DNA of 64,000 nt. It comes from Antedon mediterranea (taxonomy: Eukaryota > Animalia > Echinodermata). The notes under the pieces are model-generated. The model made no database searches and had not been told where the DNA came from. It saw only the letters and a program-made list of their open reading frames with translations. The position numbers and the translations under genes were made by a program. Shown here one piece after another: positions 11,101 to 22,221 of the stretch. Position 1 is the stretch's first letter, and the number at the start of each line of letters is the position of its first letter. Location of the stretch: positions 37,206,437 through 37,270,436 of the forward strand of contig NC_092672.1 in the NCBI RefSeq assembly GCF_964355755.1, given 5' to 3'.

Positions 11101-13134
11101 TATCTGCATCACAAGTTATCTGGTCTTAAATCACCTTGTTCCTTTTATAGTCTATCTCTCAAAAAGAAGTCTATACTTCTTACAGTTTTTTTGCTGGTAA
11201 AAAGAAATGTTTCGATCCAATTTTTGGTCAAATGTAACTATTATGGCATTAAAATGGCATATTAAAAAAAAATTATCATGAGGAGTTAAAGAACGTGATT
11301 TGTTAATTATTATGACGTTGTGGTTGGCTAAATTTAAATATTTACAGAAAGCAAATCTATAATAAATTTACGTATGGGCAAAATTCGGTAAATCACGTGT
11401 TACTTCTTGAATATTTACTCGATGGCATATGAAGTTTTTTCATACTTTCGGTACGGATTTTAATCACCTCTGTTTACTAATTAAAGTGAGTTGGATAATT
11501 AGTTATTGACAATTAGAACGAATTTAGGTTCCACGATTTTCCCATTTAGGGGTGTTTTCCGATCACGCATAACTCTTAGGCCTATACATAGATATATAGA
11601 ATAGAAATAATTCTTCGTTCCTTTTAAGACCAGTGGTGGCGCCAGGATTTGCCGGATGGGGGGGGGGGGGGAAGGAGCCGATGTCCCCGACCGGGGGGGG
11701 GGGCGTACGCGTCAGAACATTTTGAAAAAAATAGATGCTTACACACTGTTTAATAATACTAATAATAAACTTTGATCGAAAAACACTTCAAACGAAATGA
11801 ACATTTGGTAATGCGGCACTCCGAAAATGCCTCGATAGTGCATGTGTTTAGTGTACGACTGTGCTTTGGTGGTCTGTTAACCTCAGATATATACCCTATA
11901 GCCGGGTGAATAACTCAATGTAAGTTAGTATACAATGATTGCCGTAATCGCCGTGTCTATAACACAAATCAATAAAATGCCAAATACATTTTTTTTCGTC
12001 CGTGTACATAGAACAAGACATTTCATGTTTATGTTATGCCTATGAAATAATAATAAAAAAAACATCATGTTTCTTTCTCGTTTTTTTTATCGTTTATACT
12101 GCATACCATTATATAAAAAACCTTCATACGCGAGAAAAAAGTTCACGATATTACACTGTACAGGGGTGTAAATATACAGGTCCACGCTAACGCTTGCACA
12201 AGGACCAGGGCGGAAAATGGTGTATATTTGGAGAGTGATGACGTCAGCATTCACACGAGGAGCGAGCTAAGACAACGTGATGCTGGTAATGGAGCATGCA
12301 TGTGTTTTGAAAATAACTCAGTTGTGGGTATTTTCCGAAGATTTTAAATCGCGTTTTCTTTTAAAACTCTTGAATTCATAAATAGTAATTAAACTCTTAG
12401 CTCTTTCACTATGTAGGCCTATTTACACAACTATAGCTCTAGCCTACTCTTCTTAATTAAAAGTGTCAAGCGCGTCGAATCCGCGTCTAGCGACGGTCGC
12501 GGGTTTGGTGCATCTTTTTTTCCCTTTAGAATTAAAGGGGCGGCTAGCCACCCTATTCACCCTCAGATGATGCCAATTTAAAAAAGCCTATAGTCTGTTG
12601 TACTGTACTTCCGATCTAAGAAACATACTGATATGAGGACTGGAGGTAATGAAAACAATAATTCCCACATTATGTCCATTTTGTGGATTTTAGTGATAAG
12701 AAACTCTCGAAAATAATTATTATCATATAGGCCTAAATAATTTATTTAAATTTTCATAATTTGAAAACCATATTTTTAGAAATTAACATTTAAAAATGGA
12801 GGCTAACTGTAAGTCTATAATATGAAAAAGCAATTTATCAAATTAACTATTCACAACATTAAAGCTCTTGGAAGTCTAGACAGGATTAAGTGTATTTCTA
12901 TTTTTATTTTGCTTACATTGACGTACTGGAATACATAAACACAATAAACTTGAGAATAAACATCTAAAACATGTCAGACATCTAAATCGGCACCCAATTA
13001 ATATTGTAATTGGCAATCTTGGTAGGTAATTAAAGTAAAGCAATCAATCAATAAATTTAACGTGTTTCTCATGCGAATTCATAAGTACTAAATTAATTTG
13101 ATTAAACTAAGAGAGTAAAGATCCAACAGCGCAA

Positions 13135-13450
13135 AGTGAGTGAATGGCCAAACGGTTAAGACAGTGGAACCATAATAACTAGCGATTTTAAGAGCAAGGG
13201 TTCGAGCCTCACTCGCTCCATGGTTCTGGTGGTAGAACGTCGAGTCCTCTCGGATAAGGAATATAAACCGTAGGTCCAGTGTACACATCTAGCTCATGTG
13301 CACTTTAAAGAACCTACTACTCGTCTCAAAAACATCTTTTGAGACGAGTAGGGGGTTACCCCGGTGTACTTGTATAACACAGACACTGTCACACACAGCC
13401 ACTGGCATAACTCATACGCTGTTTAGGGACACCCTCTGTAAATAAGGTGA
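13135..13450 (+). mobile_element. tRNA-derived SINE with Deu/Nin-like core (tail type A)
   Basis: A box tggccaaacggt, B box ggttcgagcc, core ctcggataagga-taaaccgtaggtcc...ttaaagaacc...gagtagggggttaccccggtg, A-rich tail. Confidence 0.75.
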
Positions 13451-14907
13451 CAAAAATAAATAGATAAAAAAAAAATAAATAAAATAAAAAAAAGCTTGTA
13501 ACAGGCAGTCCATGAACTAAAACGAAAAACAGGACAACACGTGACCGGAAACCTGGTAAAGGAACAAATGCAATGTTTCAGAATAATTAACAAATAATAA
13601 ATCATAAAAATAACTAATTTATATATAGATAATCTGTGTTAGTAAACATCCTGAAATTGAAGACAACATTTTCCCTGAATTTTGGTTATTGATATTCATA
13701 AACAAAACATTAGGTAACATGAGTAGACAAACAGGATATGAATGAAAATAGGTTCGTAGGCCTGTATTGCTACTAATATTACTGTAGGGATTTGTTTCAT
13801 TTTCTTTCTCGTACTAAAATCTATTCATTACAATGTCAATCAATCAAAATCAATCAATAATAACATAACCCATTTTCTTTTCTCTTTCAACAAAATAACA
13901 ATTTAAATATAAATAATAAAGAGGCAAACCCCAGGAAGAACATAATTTGAAGGTCTCCCTCCAAAAAAAACGTGTGGCGGGTTAAGAGAAAACAAGTTGT
14001 AATCATCCTGTATAAAATCACTTACTTATCCTACAAGACTAAAGAAGACTAATTACATTCGCCAATTTGGTTCAGCAAATTACACAAGAAACTCAAATCG
14101 CGAAAATCAAAGGTCGCGAAATAGTTGAAAATGTAAAATCGCGAAAATTTAGGGCCGCGAAAATGTTGGGCTTTACAGCATTCATTTTCATCCAACATAA
14201 TTATAAACAACAAGAAGATAGTGATTTATTTTTATTTCAAGCAATATCATAAATTACATTGAAAATACAAAAAAAAACGTGGAAATGTTGAACAATTAAC
14301 ATTAAAGAAAGCATTGCGGTAAACATTAGCAATATTATATTAAAAAATAAACTATATTAATAACCGATTATCTTAAAAATACTTTATCATGATCCATAAT
14401 TCACATGAGACTCACATGTGACGCTATATCACGGAATCGACTATAATATTGTTTGTAGATACATTACTTTTGTACTGAAAGGGAATGTAGTAGTCTTTTG
14501 GCATTTTAAGTACATTTAATTACATGGGACATTTATTAAAGGTGTATTACGTCACTGAATACGTCACGGTTTTTAGTTCAAAATTGTAAGTGAATATTAT
14601 AATAAATCCAAAGGCAAATTACTGAAAATAATGACAATGCTGTACTACTGGGTATCATTGGCTGGATCTCAATGAAGATACAAAATGAATAAAGCAAAAA
14701 GCTCAATCAAAACGATAAAGTAAAACCAAAGATTGTATAGCGCCGCTACGCGGCGCTATCGCGTAGCGGCGCTATATAATCTTTGGTAAAACATCTAGAA
14801 AAAGTAGCATATATATATATATATACACTAGTTGTGTTCCAACCGTACCACGCCGAGAATGTTAAAGGGTCGTTATCCGATCGAGTTAAAGAACAATACC
14901 ATGAAAG

Positions 14908-14979
14908 CCCCAGTGGTCTAATGGTTAGGGCAACTGCATATCAAGCAGACGGTCCGAGTTCGAGTCTCGGTTGGGGCGA
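14908..14979 (+). tRNA. tRNA-like sequence with ATC (Asp) anticodon inside a (TA)n-flanked repeat; probably a pseudogene or repeat component
   Basis: Cloverleaf: gccccag/ttggggc acceptor, ctgc-atatcaa-gcag anticodon arm, ccgag-ttcgagt-ctcgg T arm, T5 terminator 2 nt downstream. Confidence 0.55.
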
Positions 14980-15228
14980 CTTTTTCTCATTCTCACAGAT
15001 TTCCTCATCTTTATCGTTTCAAAAATTAATTAAATAATTTTCAGTGTATCACCGAGCGGTTTGGAATTTATTTCTATGCCTGTTGTGTTTATATATATAC
15101 AGTATATATATATATATATATATATTCAGGTTGAAATTTTCAGACCGTTTGGATAGAGTGCTCAATACCAAGGTAGAGCATAAATAAATAAAATAACAGC
15201 AGAAAACTTGGTTACTTCATTGTTTTAA

Positions 15229-15284
15229 TCACTACAAATTTGTTTCGTACGACCAGCATGTAGCTGGCCGCACTCTTCAGGTGA
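15229..15284 (-). ncRNA. Type I hammerhead ribozyme, family A
   Basis: tcac-CTGAAGA-gtgcggccagc/tacat/gctggtcgtac-GAAA-caaatttg-TA-gtga on the minus strand. Confidence 0.85.
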
Positions 15285-15342
15285 AATATAAAACATAAGT
15301 GACACAGTTGTCTCATAGTGCTTAATAGAAGTGTTTTATATT

Positions 15343-15398
15343 TCACCTGAAGAGTGCGGCCAGCTACATGCTGGTCGTACGAAACAAATTTGTAGTGA
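15343..15398 (+). ncRNA. Type I hammerhead ribozyme, family A
   Basis: Same motif on +; stem I tcac/gtga, 11-bp stem II, palindromic stem III acaaatttgt, GUA cleavage triplet. Confidence 0.85.
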
Positions 15399-15586
15399 TT
15401 AAAACAATGAAGTAACCAAGTTTTCTGCTGTTATTTTATATATATATATATATATATAAATCCAAAAGCAAATTACTGAAAAAAATGACAATGCTGTGTG
15501 TATCAGTGGCTGGATCTCAATGGAGATACAAAAATAAAAAGCGAAAAGCTAAATCAAAACGATAAAGTAAACAGCCAGAAAAGTTA

Positions 15587-15623
15587 GCAGAGCTTTCGGG
15601 CAACACTAGCCCTTCATCAGTGC
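15587..15623 (-). ncRNA. Minimal hammerhead ribozyme, family C
   Basis: gca-CTGATGA-agggc/tagtgtt/gccc-GAAA-gc-TC-tgc. Confidence 0.78.
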
Positions 15624-15684
15624 AAGTGTTTATATATAAAAATCAAGATCAAATAAGTTAAAACTGCCTCAATATAGATTTATT

Positions 15685-15723
15685 TTAACGACATGTTTCG
15701 GGCATAGCCCATCATCAGGTGAA
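15685..15723 (-). ncRNA. Minimal hammerhead ribozyme, family B (PLE pLTR)
   Basis: ttcac-CTGATGA-tgggc/tat/gccc-GAAA-catg-TC-gttaa; palindromic acatgt stem III. Confidence 0.78.
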
Positions 15724-16520
15724 AAGAATTGTAACAAAGGATAACATATATAAGTCACAAAATTACATAATAAAACAAATCAGCCAATCAAAGATGTTAA
15801 CAAACAAAAGGCATAGTTATACAGGCACGCCTCTAAAAGCTATGGTGTACAAAGCAGGAATGGTTGCTTATAAAGCAGGAAATTTAAAACAAAGACAAAA
15901 GCTTCAAGTGTAAATAATTGTTAATATGTGAATGTCTCTGGCAAAATTAATGTTTAAAGGATCTAAATTGTACATTTGCCGGTAGGGGCAAGAGTGCCAA
16001 GCTTTACAATTATTCTTTCTTCTATAATTCTACGAGATGTCTCAGAACCATTACATACTTTAACACCAGAAATTGTAATATCCGAAAGGGAATGCTCATT
16101 ATTACAACAAGCACGAATGTGCAATACTCGGGGTACAGCGAAAGAAGCTGTAAGACGTCATAAGACCGGATGTAACGTCACATACACATCAAAAACCGCG
16201 CTACCAAATACGGCTATACGATACCATCTTCGAGACGTCATATGGCTGCATCCGGTATGAAATTAAAAAATCCGGCTCTCTATAGCTTTGAGGACATGTC
16301 CCTGTAGTATATTCATGCTAAATCCGAGCTCAATACTACAACGAATAAGGGAGGAGTAGTACTTTATAAATTGCACTTTTTGCTCAATAGTGTCCGGATG
16401 GAAGAAGAAGAGGAAAAGATGAGAGAGTCCTAGACTCAGGTACCCCGACTAATAAAACGATATATACTCTATATCATTTTACGTATACAGTATATTTCAC
16501 CATAAAGTTAAAGAAAAATA

Positions 16521-16591
16521 GGTTTCGCCAGGGCTCGAACCAGGACCTTCTGCGAGTTAAGCAGACTTGACAACCACTACACTACGAAACC
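16521..16591 (-). pseudogene. tRNA-Val(AAC) pseudogene
   Basis: ggtttcgtagtgtagtggttgtcaagtctgcttaactcgcagaaggtcctggttcgagccctggcgaaacc. Confidence 0.75.
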
Positions 16592-16804
16592 TCTTACACC
16601 AAAAATGTGGGTTACACAAAGTTTTTTAATCCATTTAAATTACAAATAAATTATTATGTAATAAGCACAAAGCAAGATAAACATGTGTAAAAGTGATAAT
16701 TACCGATTACACAAAATAAATATTTTTAAAAATAATAAAAATAAGATATACTGTATATCATATTACCTTATCAGTACTTTTTACCATAAAGTTGAAAAAA
16801 AAAA

Positions 16805-16876
16805 GGTTTCGCCCGGGCTCGAACCGGGGACCTTCTGCGTGTTAAGCAGACGTGATAACCACTACGCCAAGAAGCC
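16805..16876 (-). tRNA. tRNA-Val(AAC)-derived copy, acceptor-stem mismatches (likely pseudogene)
   Basis: Intact D, anticodon (tctgc-ttAACac-gcaga) and T arms, poly-T terminator; two acceptor mismatches. Confidence 0.7.
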
Positions 16877-17146
16877 GCATATAACTACATAACGCTGTGG
16901 TGTGTGTCACACATTGTGGCTTCTTAATTAAACAAATTAATTAACAAACAAGCACGAATGTGCAATACTCGGGGTACAGCGAAAGAAGCTGTATACAGAC
17001 GTATACAGTTAGCAAGTTAAAGAAAAATAGGTTTCGCCGACCGATTACACAAAATAAGTATTTTAAAAAATAATAAAAATAAGATATACTCTGTATAATT
17101 ATCATATTGCGTATACAGTACTTTTCACCATAAAGTTTAAAAAAAA

Positions 17147-17218
17147 GGTTTCGTCCGGGCTCGAACCAGGTACCTTCTGCGTGTTAAGCAAACGTGATAA
17201 CCACTACGCCAAGAATCC
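17147..17218 (-). pseudogene. tRNA-Val(AAC) pseudogene
   Basis: Diverged duplicate of 16805-16876. Confidence 0.7.
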
Positions 17219-18059
17219 GCATATAACCATATAACTACATAACGCTGTGGTGTGTATCACACATTGTGGCTTCTTAATTAAACAAATTAATTAACAAAAA
17301 ATTAAAAATCCGGCTCTATAGCTTTGAGGACATGTCCCTGTAGTATGTTCATGCCAAATCCCAGCTCAATACTACAACGAATAAGGGAGGAGTAGTACTT
17401 TAAAAATCGCACTTTTTACTCAATAGTGTCCAGATGGAGGAAGAAGAGGAGAAAATGAGTAAGTCCTAGACTCGGGTACCCCGAGTAAAAAGCACGAATG
17501 TGCGATACTCAGGGTGCAGCAAAAGAAGCTGTAATGACGTCATAAGACGGGATGTGACGTCACATACACATCAATAACCTACCAAATACGGCTATATGGT
17601 ACCATCTTCGAGACGTCATATGGCTGCATCCGGATTGAAATCTAAAAATCCGGCTCTATAGATTTGAGGACATGTCCCTGTAGTATATTCATGCTAAATC
17701 CCAGCTCAATACTACAACTAATAAGGGAGGAGTAGTACTTTAAAAATCGCACTTTTTACTCAATAGTGTCCAGATGGAGGAGGAGGAGAAAATGAGTAAG
17801 TACTAGACTCGGGTACCCCGAGTAAAAATGGGTGGCTACAGGCCGGGACATTCACATATTAACAATTATTTACACTTGAAGCTTTTGTCTTTGTTTTAAA
17901 TTTCCTGCTTTATAAGCAACCATTCCTGCTTTGTACACCATAGCTTTTGGAAGCGTGCCTTTATAACTATGCCTTTTGTTTGTTAACATCTTTGATTGGC
18001 TGATTTGTTTTATTATGTAATTTTGTGACTTATATATGTTATCCTTTGTTACAATTCTT

Positions 18060-18098
18060 TTCACCTGATGATGGGCTATGCCCAAAACATGTCGTTAA
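18060..18098 (+). ncRNA. Hammerhead family B, core-mutated (GAAA to AAAA)
   Basis: cctgatgatgggctatgcccaaaacatgtc. Confidence 0.6.
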
Positions 18099-18444
18099 AA
18101 TAAATCTATATTGAGGCAGTTTTAACTTATTTGATCTTGATTTTTTTCTATATCCTGCCTATGCAGCTCTTTGATTTATATATATATATATATATAAATT
18201 GCAGATCCAAATAGTTTATCTAAAACAATAGGCTATTGTATACGACTTCCTGATGACTCACTTCTATTAGTATTAAGCACTATGAGACAACTGTGTCACT
18301 TATGTTTTATATTTCACCTGAAGAGGCAAATTACTGAGAAAAATGACAATGCTGTGGGTATCAGTGGCTGGATCTCAATGGAGATACAAAAATAAAAAGC
18401 GAAAAGCTAAATCAAAACGATAAAGTAAACAGCCAGAAAAGTTA

Positions 18445-18481
18445 GCAGAGCTTTCGGGCAACACTAGCCCTTCATTAGTGC
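18445..18481 (-). ncRNA. Hammerhead family C, core-mutated (CTAATGA)
   Basis: Same motif with G-to-A in the CUGANGA box. Confidence 0.6.
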
Positions 18482-18922
18482 AAGTGAAGGAATTTGGATA
18501 ACGTCATATAAAGCTGGCAAGTGCTGCCTGGGTGGACATGAATAAAAGAAATATAACAAAGGGAGCCAGGGTGGAGTCTGAATAAGAGTGGTAAACAAAG
18601 AAGGTAGCTTGGTAGAGATATAAACAATTTATATATATATATATATATTAATGTCCTCATCTTTATCGTTTCAAATTAATTAATTAAATTTCAGTATATC
18701 ACCGGGCGGTTTAGAATTAATGTTCTTTGCCTGATTTGTTTATATATATTAATGTTCTTATATAATTTTAAAAAAAAGGTAATGGTCGTAGAAGAAGAAT
18801 ACAGAGTATCTCCTAGCACACCGTTACGTAATATCTGGTAACTACACGTTTCTATTAGGAAAAGGAACAGGTGTGGAATGTTAACAATTTTTTGATTAAA
18901 TCAATTTTAAAAACAACTCCCT

Positions 18923-19280
18923 TGAGTGAGTGGCCGAGCGGTTAAGACAGTGGAACCGTAATTACGTAGCCATAACATCGGCAGGGGTTCGAGGCTCACT
19001 CGCTCCATGGTTCTGGTTGTAAAACGAGTCTTCTCGGATAAGGATCTAAACCGTAGGTCCAGTGTACACATCTAGCTCGTGTGCACTTTAAAGAACCTAG
19101 TACATCTTTTGAGACGAGTAGGGGGTTACCCCGGTGTATTAGTATATCACAGCCACTGATCAGGGAGTTGTTATTACAACTAACTAATAACAACTCCCCG
19201 CACTGATCACCAACTGGGCCCTCTGGGAGACCAGTCTTTGACTGAAGAGGTTACCCAGTATAAATATAAATTTCAATCAA
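18923..19280 (+). mobile_element. tRNA-derived SINE with Deu/Nin-like core (tail type B)
   Basis: A box tggccgagcggt, B box ggttcgaggc, same core, different 3' tail. Confidence 0.75.
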
Positions 19281-19750
19281 TTAACCCTACTCACATCAGT
19301 TAACATTGTCTTCAAATACATGTTGAAACCAACAAACTTCTTATTGTTTACGATAAAAAAATATATTATAGTAATTTCGATAAACAGTATAATAATATTT
19401 ATAAAACTATTACAAACATTAATTCAATCTGGCCTATACGTGACCTTAAATAAACTGGAAACATTGTATGTAAATGTTGCTTAATGCAGTTACGTTCAAA
19501 CAGCAAAATACCGGAATGTGCAAAATGAACTTTCGAAAAATGAACTATCATAAACATGTTTCTGCTGAGCGTATATACACCTCACCTCACATAACATCTC
19601 TGTGACATCACTGGAGTTTAGATAGGTATATTATTACAGTAGGCCTACTGTAGATAATGCGCGCGCGCGCGAAGTGTGTGCTAGCATGGTGGCAATTTCA
19701 GCCAAAATCTAGACACAGCTTATAAACGTGCCGATTTGATTCAGCATAAT

Positions 19751-19949
19751 TCAACTTTCAACAGATTCACTTTGATGTCGTTTTTTAACCATCTGATCAC
19801 TTGTACTTGCATCGGATTCAGTAAATGTTACATACTGAGTATCTACAAATGCAAGCTTTTGGAGCATAAGGTCAAAGGTCGAATACAACTCAGCAAATGT
19901 TGGTCTTTGGGATGGAAAGGCTTTCCAGCATTTCGTCATCACTTCGTAC
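19751..19949 (-). pseudogene. Duplicated last coding exon of the RTK (orphan or alternative last exon)
   Basis: [26 protein letters not shown]...; two aa differences from 29542-29740; acceptor intact; no upstream kinase exons in this copy. Confidence 0.8.
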
Positions 19950-20140
19950 CTGTAAAAGAGGTTTCATTTTTTAGGCTCATAAGTTATTAGTTGATTCAGC
20001 TATAAATGAATGAAAAACCGAAAATGCATAAGCTATGTACTTGGTGATTAACCCAACCCCACCCCGTTTTTCGGCCAAACAACATTTTTTTTTTAGTTCG
20101 TTTAAAGTTTTCGCAAAAGTAAGAAGTGTTTTCAATTAAA

Positions 20141-22221
20141 ATGTTAAAAAAAATGTACATCGTGGAGAAATTTGAAAAACGAAAGAGGACAAAGGGGGGG
20201 TATTTTGGAGTGGGCATGATAATTGAAGAGGGAGGTAAAATGGTTATCAGTTGTTATATAAATGATGTTGAGTCTCCAAGCATGAGCAAATTGATGACTT
20301 TGGAAACTGGTGTAAAGGTGATAATTACAGACGTAATTGGGGGAAATGATTGTTTGAGGTTAACAGCAAAATCTAAGGTAATGTTTTTAGTTCGTTATTA
20401 TTTAGTTGTTAAAATGACGTTGTTTAGTTTTGTTAACTGCGCATGGATATAGAACATGTTGTAAATTGAAGACCTAGTCTAGGAGGCCTAGTCCTGGAAG
20501 AAATAATACAGAAGTTACAATATAGGCCTATACTGTAGTATAAAACTGAATTGAGTTGAGTTTAGCCATATTATCAATACTTTAGATTTTAGATTTTAAA
20601 TATTTCATGAGAATTTGTTAGGCCTAATTTCCGCTTTTTTATTATTTGCGATTGTAGGTTATGACGAAAGTGGCAAACTTCAATGTTGACATGGGGGTAG
20701 TAAACAATTTTATCCGACCAGAAGTTGTGTCTCTATCAGAAGCGAAGGGTAGTCCACAGAAGAAACGAATTTCGGTGCAGGGATGTGTTGTTGAGGTAAC
20801 TTTATATTTCATTTATTTATTTTTTTACATATTTATGAATAGGTTTTATTAAAATTTGAGAATAATTCAGAATTTCGGATAATAATGCTGGGGTAAGTAT
20901 TAGGAATTATGTTAAACTTGTTAAAATTCCTAGTTGAAATGACAGTGTGATTGATAGTTTTGGGTTATGTAAAATTATGAAATGTTATTACCGTTGTTTC
21001 ATTGCTGTAATTTTTGTTTTAGATGGGAGAGTATGTATGTACTGATTCGTATAAGAGAAGATCGATATGGTTAGGAAATGGAGATACAAAGATGGAAGTA
21101 GTGCTGTGGGGTGAGGCGGCGGCATCCACCTTTGACTTAGTGGCAAATGAGGTGATAATAACTGCAGTTGTTGTGCAGGGCATTCAACTAAGAAGTACGC
21201 CGTCGACGGTGGTAGAAGTAAGTTTTGTTTTGTTATAACTACTTTAAACTGAAATTCTATTTTGTATATTGGAACGAAAAATTATTAATTATGATTTAAT
21301 TTCCAGCTATTGTAAATGAATATCGAGTAGAAAGAATTGTATAATCGACATCGCTCTGTATTGTCAAACTCCATTTGTTTAACCAATTAGTAGTGTCATT
21401 TAAATTACTAATCAATATTAATTATATTTTATATTTGGTTTGTATTATAGGCGAATGGTATGGATAGCGTAGAGGGTGTGATTATCGCTGTTGGCGACAC
21501 CAGTGATGGGTATGTAAAATTCTACATTATTGTATTGATGCTTGTACAGTGTTATTGAATGTTTTAAAAGGCAAATTGTGACATAACCATATTTTAAAAA
21601 ATAAACGCCCCGGGGTGTTATTTGTTAAGTGGTAGTTGCGCTCCCTCGATAGCCTGGTCAAAAAAATAAAATAAAATCAGTGACTTCTGTTACAATGGCG
21701 GACTCAAACGCTCACATTATCTTATCAGTTAAAAATTGACATGCACCCCCACATTTTGCTTCAAGGATGGATCCACATGGATGCGCCTCCCTGGCGCAAA
21801 CGCGCTGGATCCGCTCTTGAACATGAAGTTTCATGTTTAAGATTATTACTATCGTTTTGTAATGTAAATCTACAAAAATACACAATAACTTTGAAAATGA
21901 AAATCAACATATTTGTTAACAAGTTATAAAAACTGTATATTTGTTTCCATTAAACTTCACTTCACTTAACAGACATGGAATATTTTAGTATTAAATTTAT
22001 AACACAACAATATTTGAATGCTATTTTGTAGTAATGCTGTTTAAATTTATTTTTATTTTAGATATCCAGTCGATATTTATTTGGAGACTGAGGAATGTTT
22101 AAGGCTTCCGGAAAGTACGCATTTTGATATCAACCTTATCACTTTGCCCTGCGGTGTAGAGTTTTCGGCCGACAGTTCGGGGCTGATATCCGAAATCAAA
22201 ATGCTAGATTTTGAGGAATAA
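20141..22221 (+). CDS. Five-exon OB-fold (RPA1-like ssDNA-binding) protein, ~262 aa
   Basis: Exons 20141-20377, 20658-20795, 21023-21217, 21451-21509, 22062-22221, all GT-AG, sum 789 bp with no internal stop; motifs RISVQGCVVE...KRRSIWLGNGDTKMEVVLWGEAA...LRSTPSTVVE resemble RPA OB folds. Confidence 0.75.

Larger units (their letters stand above)
16106..17828 (-). mobile_element. Composite non-autonomous Helentron (HINE/DINE-1-like) array with captured tRNA-Val copies
   Basis: Units bounded by subTIR tactcggggtac/gtaccccgagta, hairpin ctcgggtaccccgag and end hairpin gcacgaatgtgc; empty site at ~27474 in copy B shows insertion into an A/T run with no TSD. Confidence 0.78.
15638..18145 (-). mobile_element. 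Paralogous Penelope-like element interrupted by a Helentron-type insertion
   Basis: Same GIY-YIG fragment split into ~15945-16105 and ~17829-17853; inverted pLTRs ~15638-15935 and ~17847-18145. Confidence 0.82.
12584..20007 (+). repeat. Segmental duplication copy A (paralog of 23708-29798)
   Basis: Colinear high identity including two SINEs, the PLE nest and the RTK last exon; copies differ by independent insertions and deletions. Confidence 0.93.

Noticed and set aside
15719-18085. Repeated MKRIVTKDNIYK ORFs (also 27520-27714)
   Set aside because: Antisense reading of the PLE pLTR, repeated only because the pLTR is repeated.
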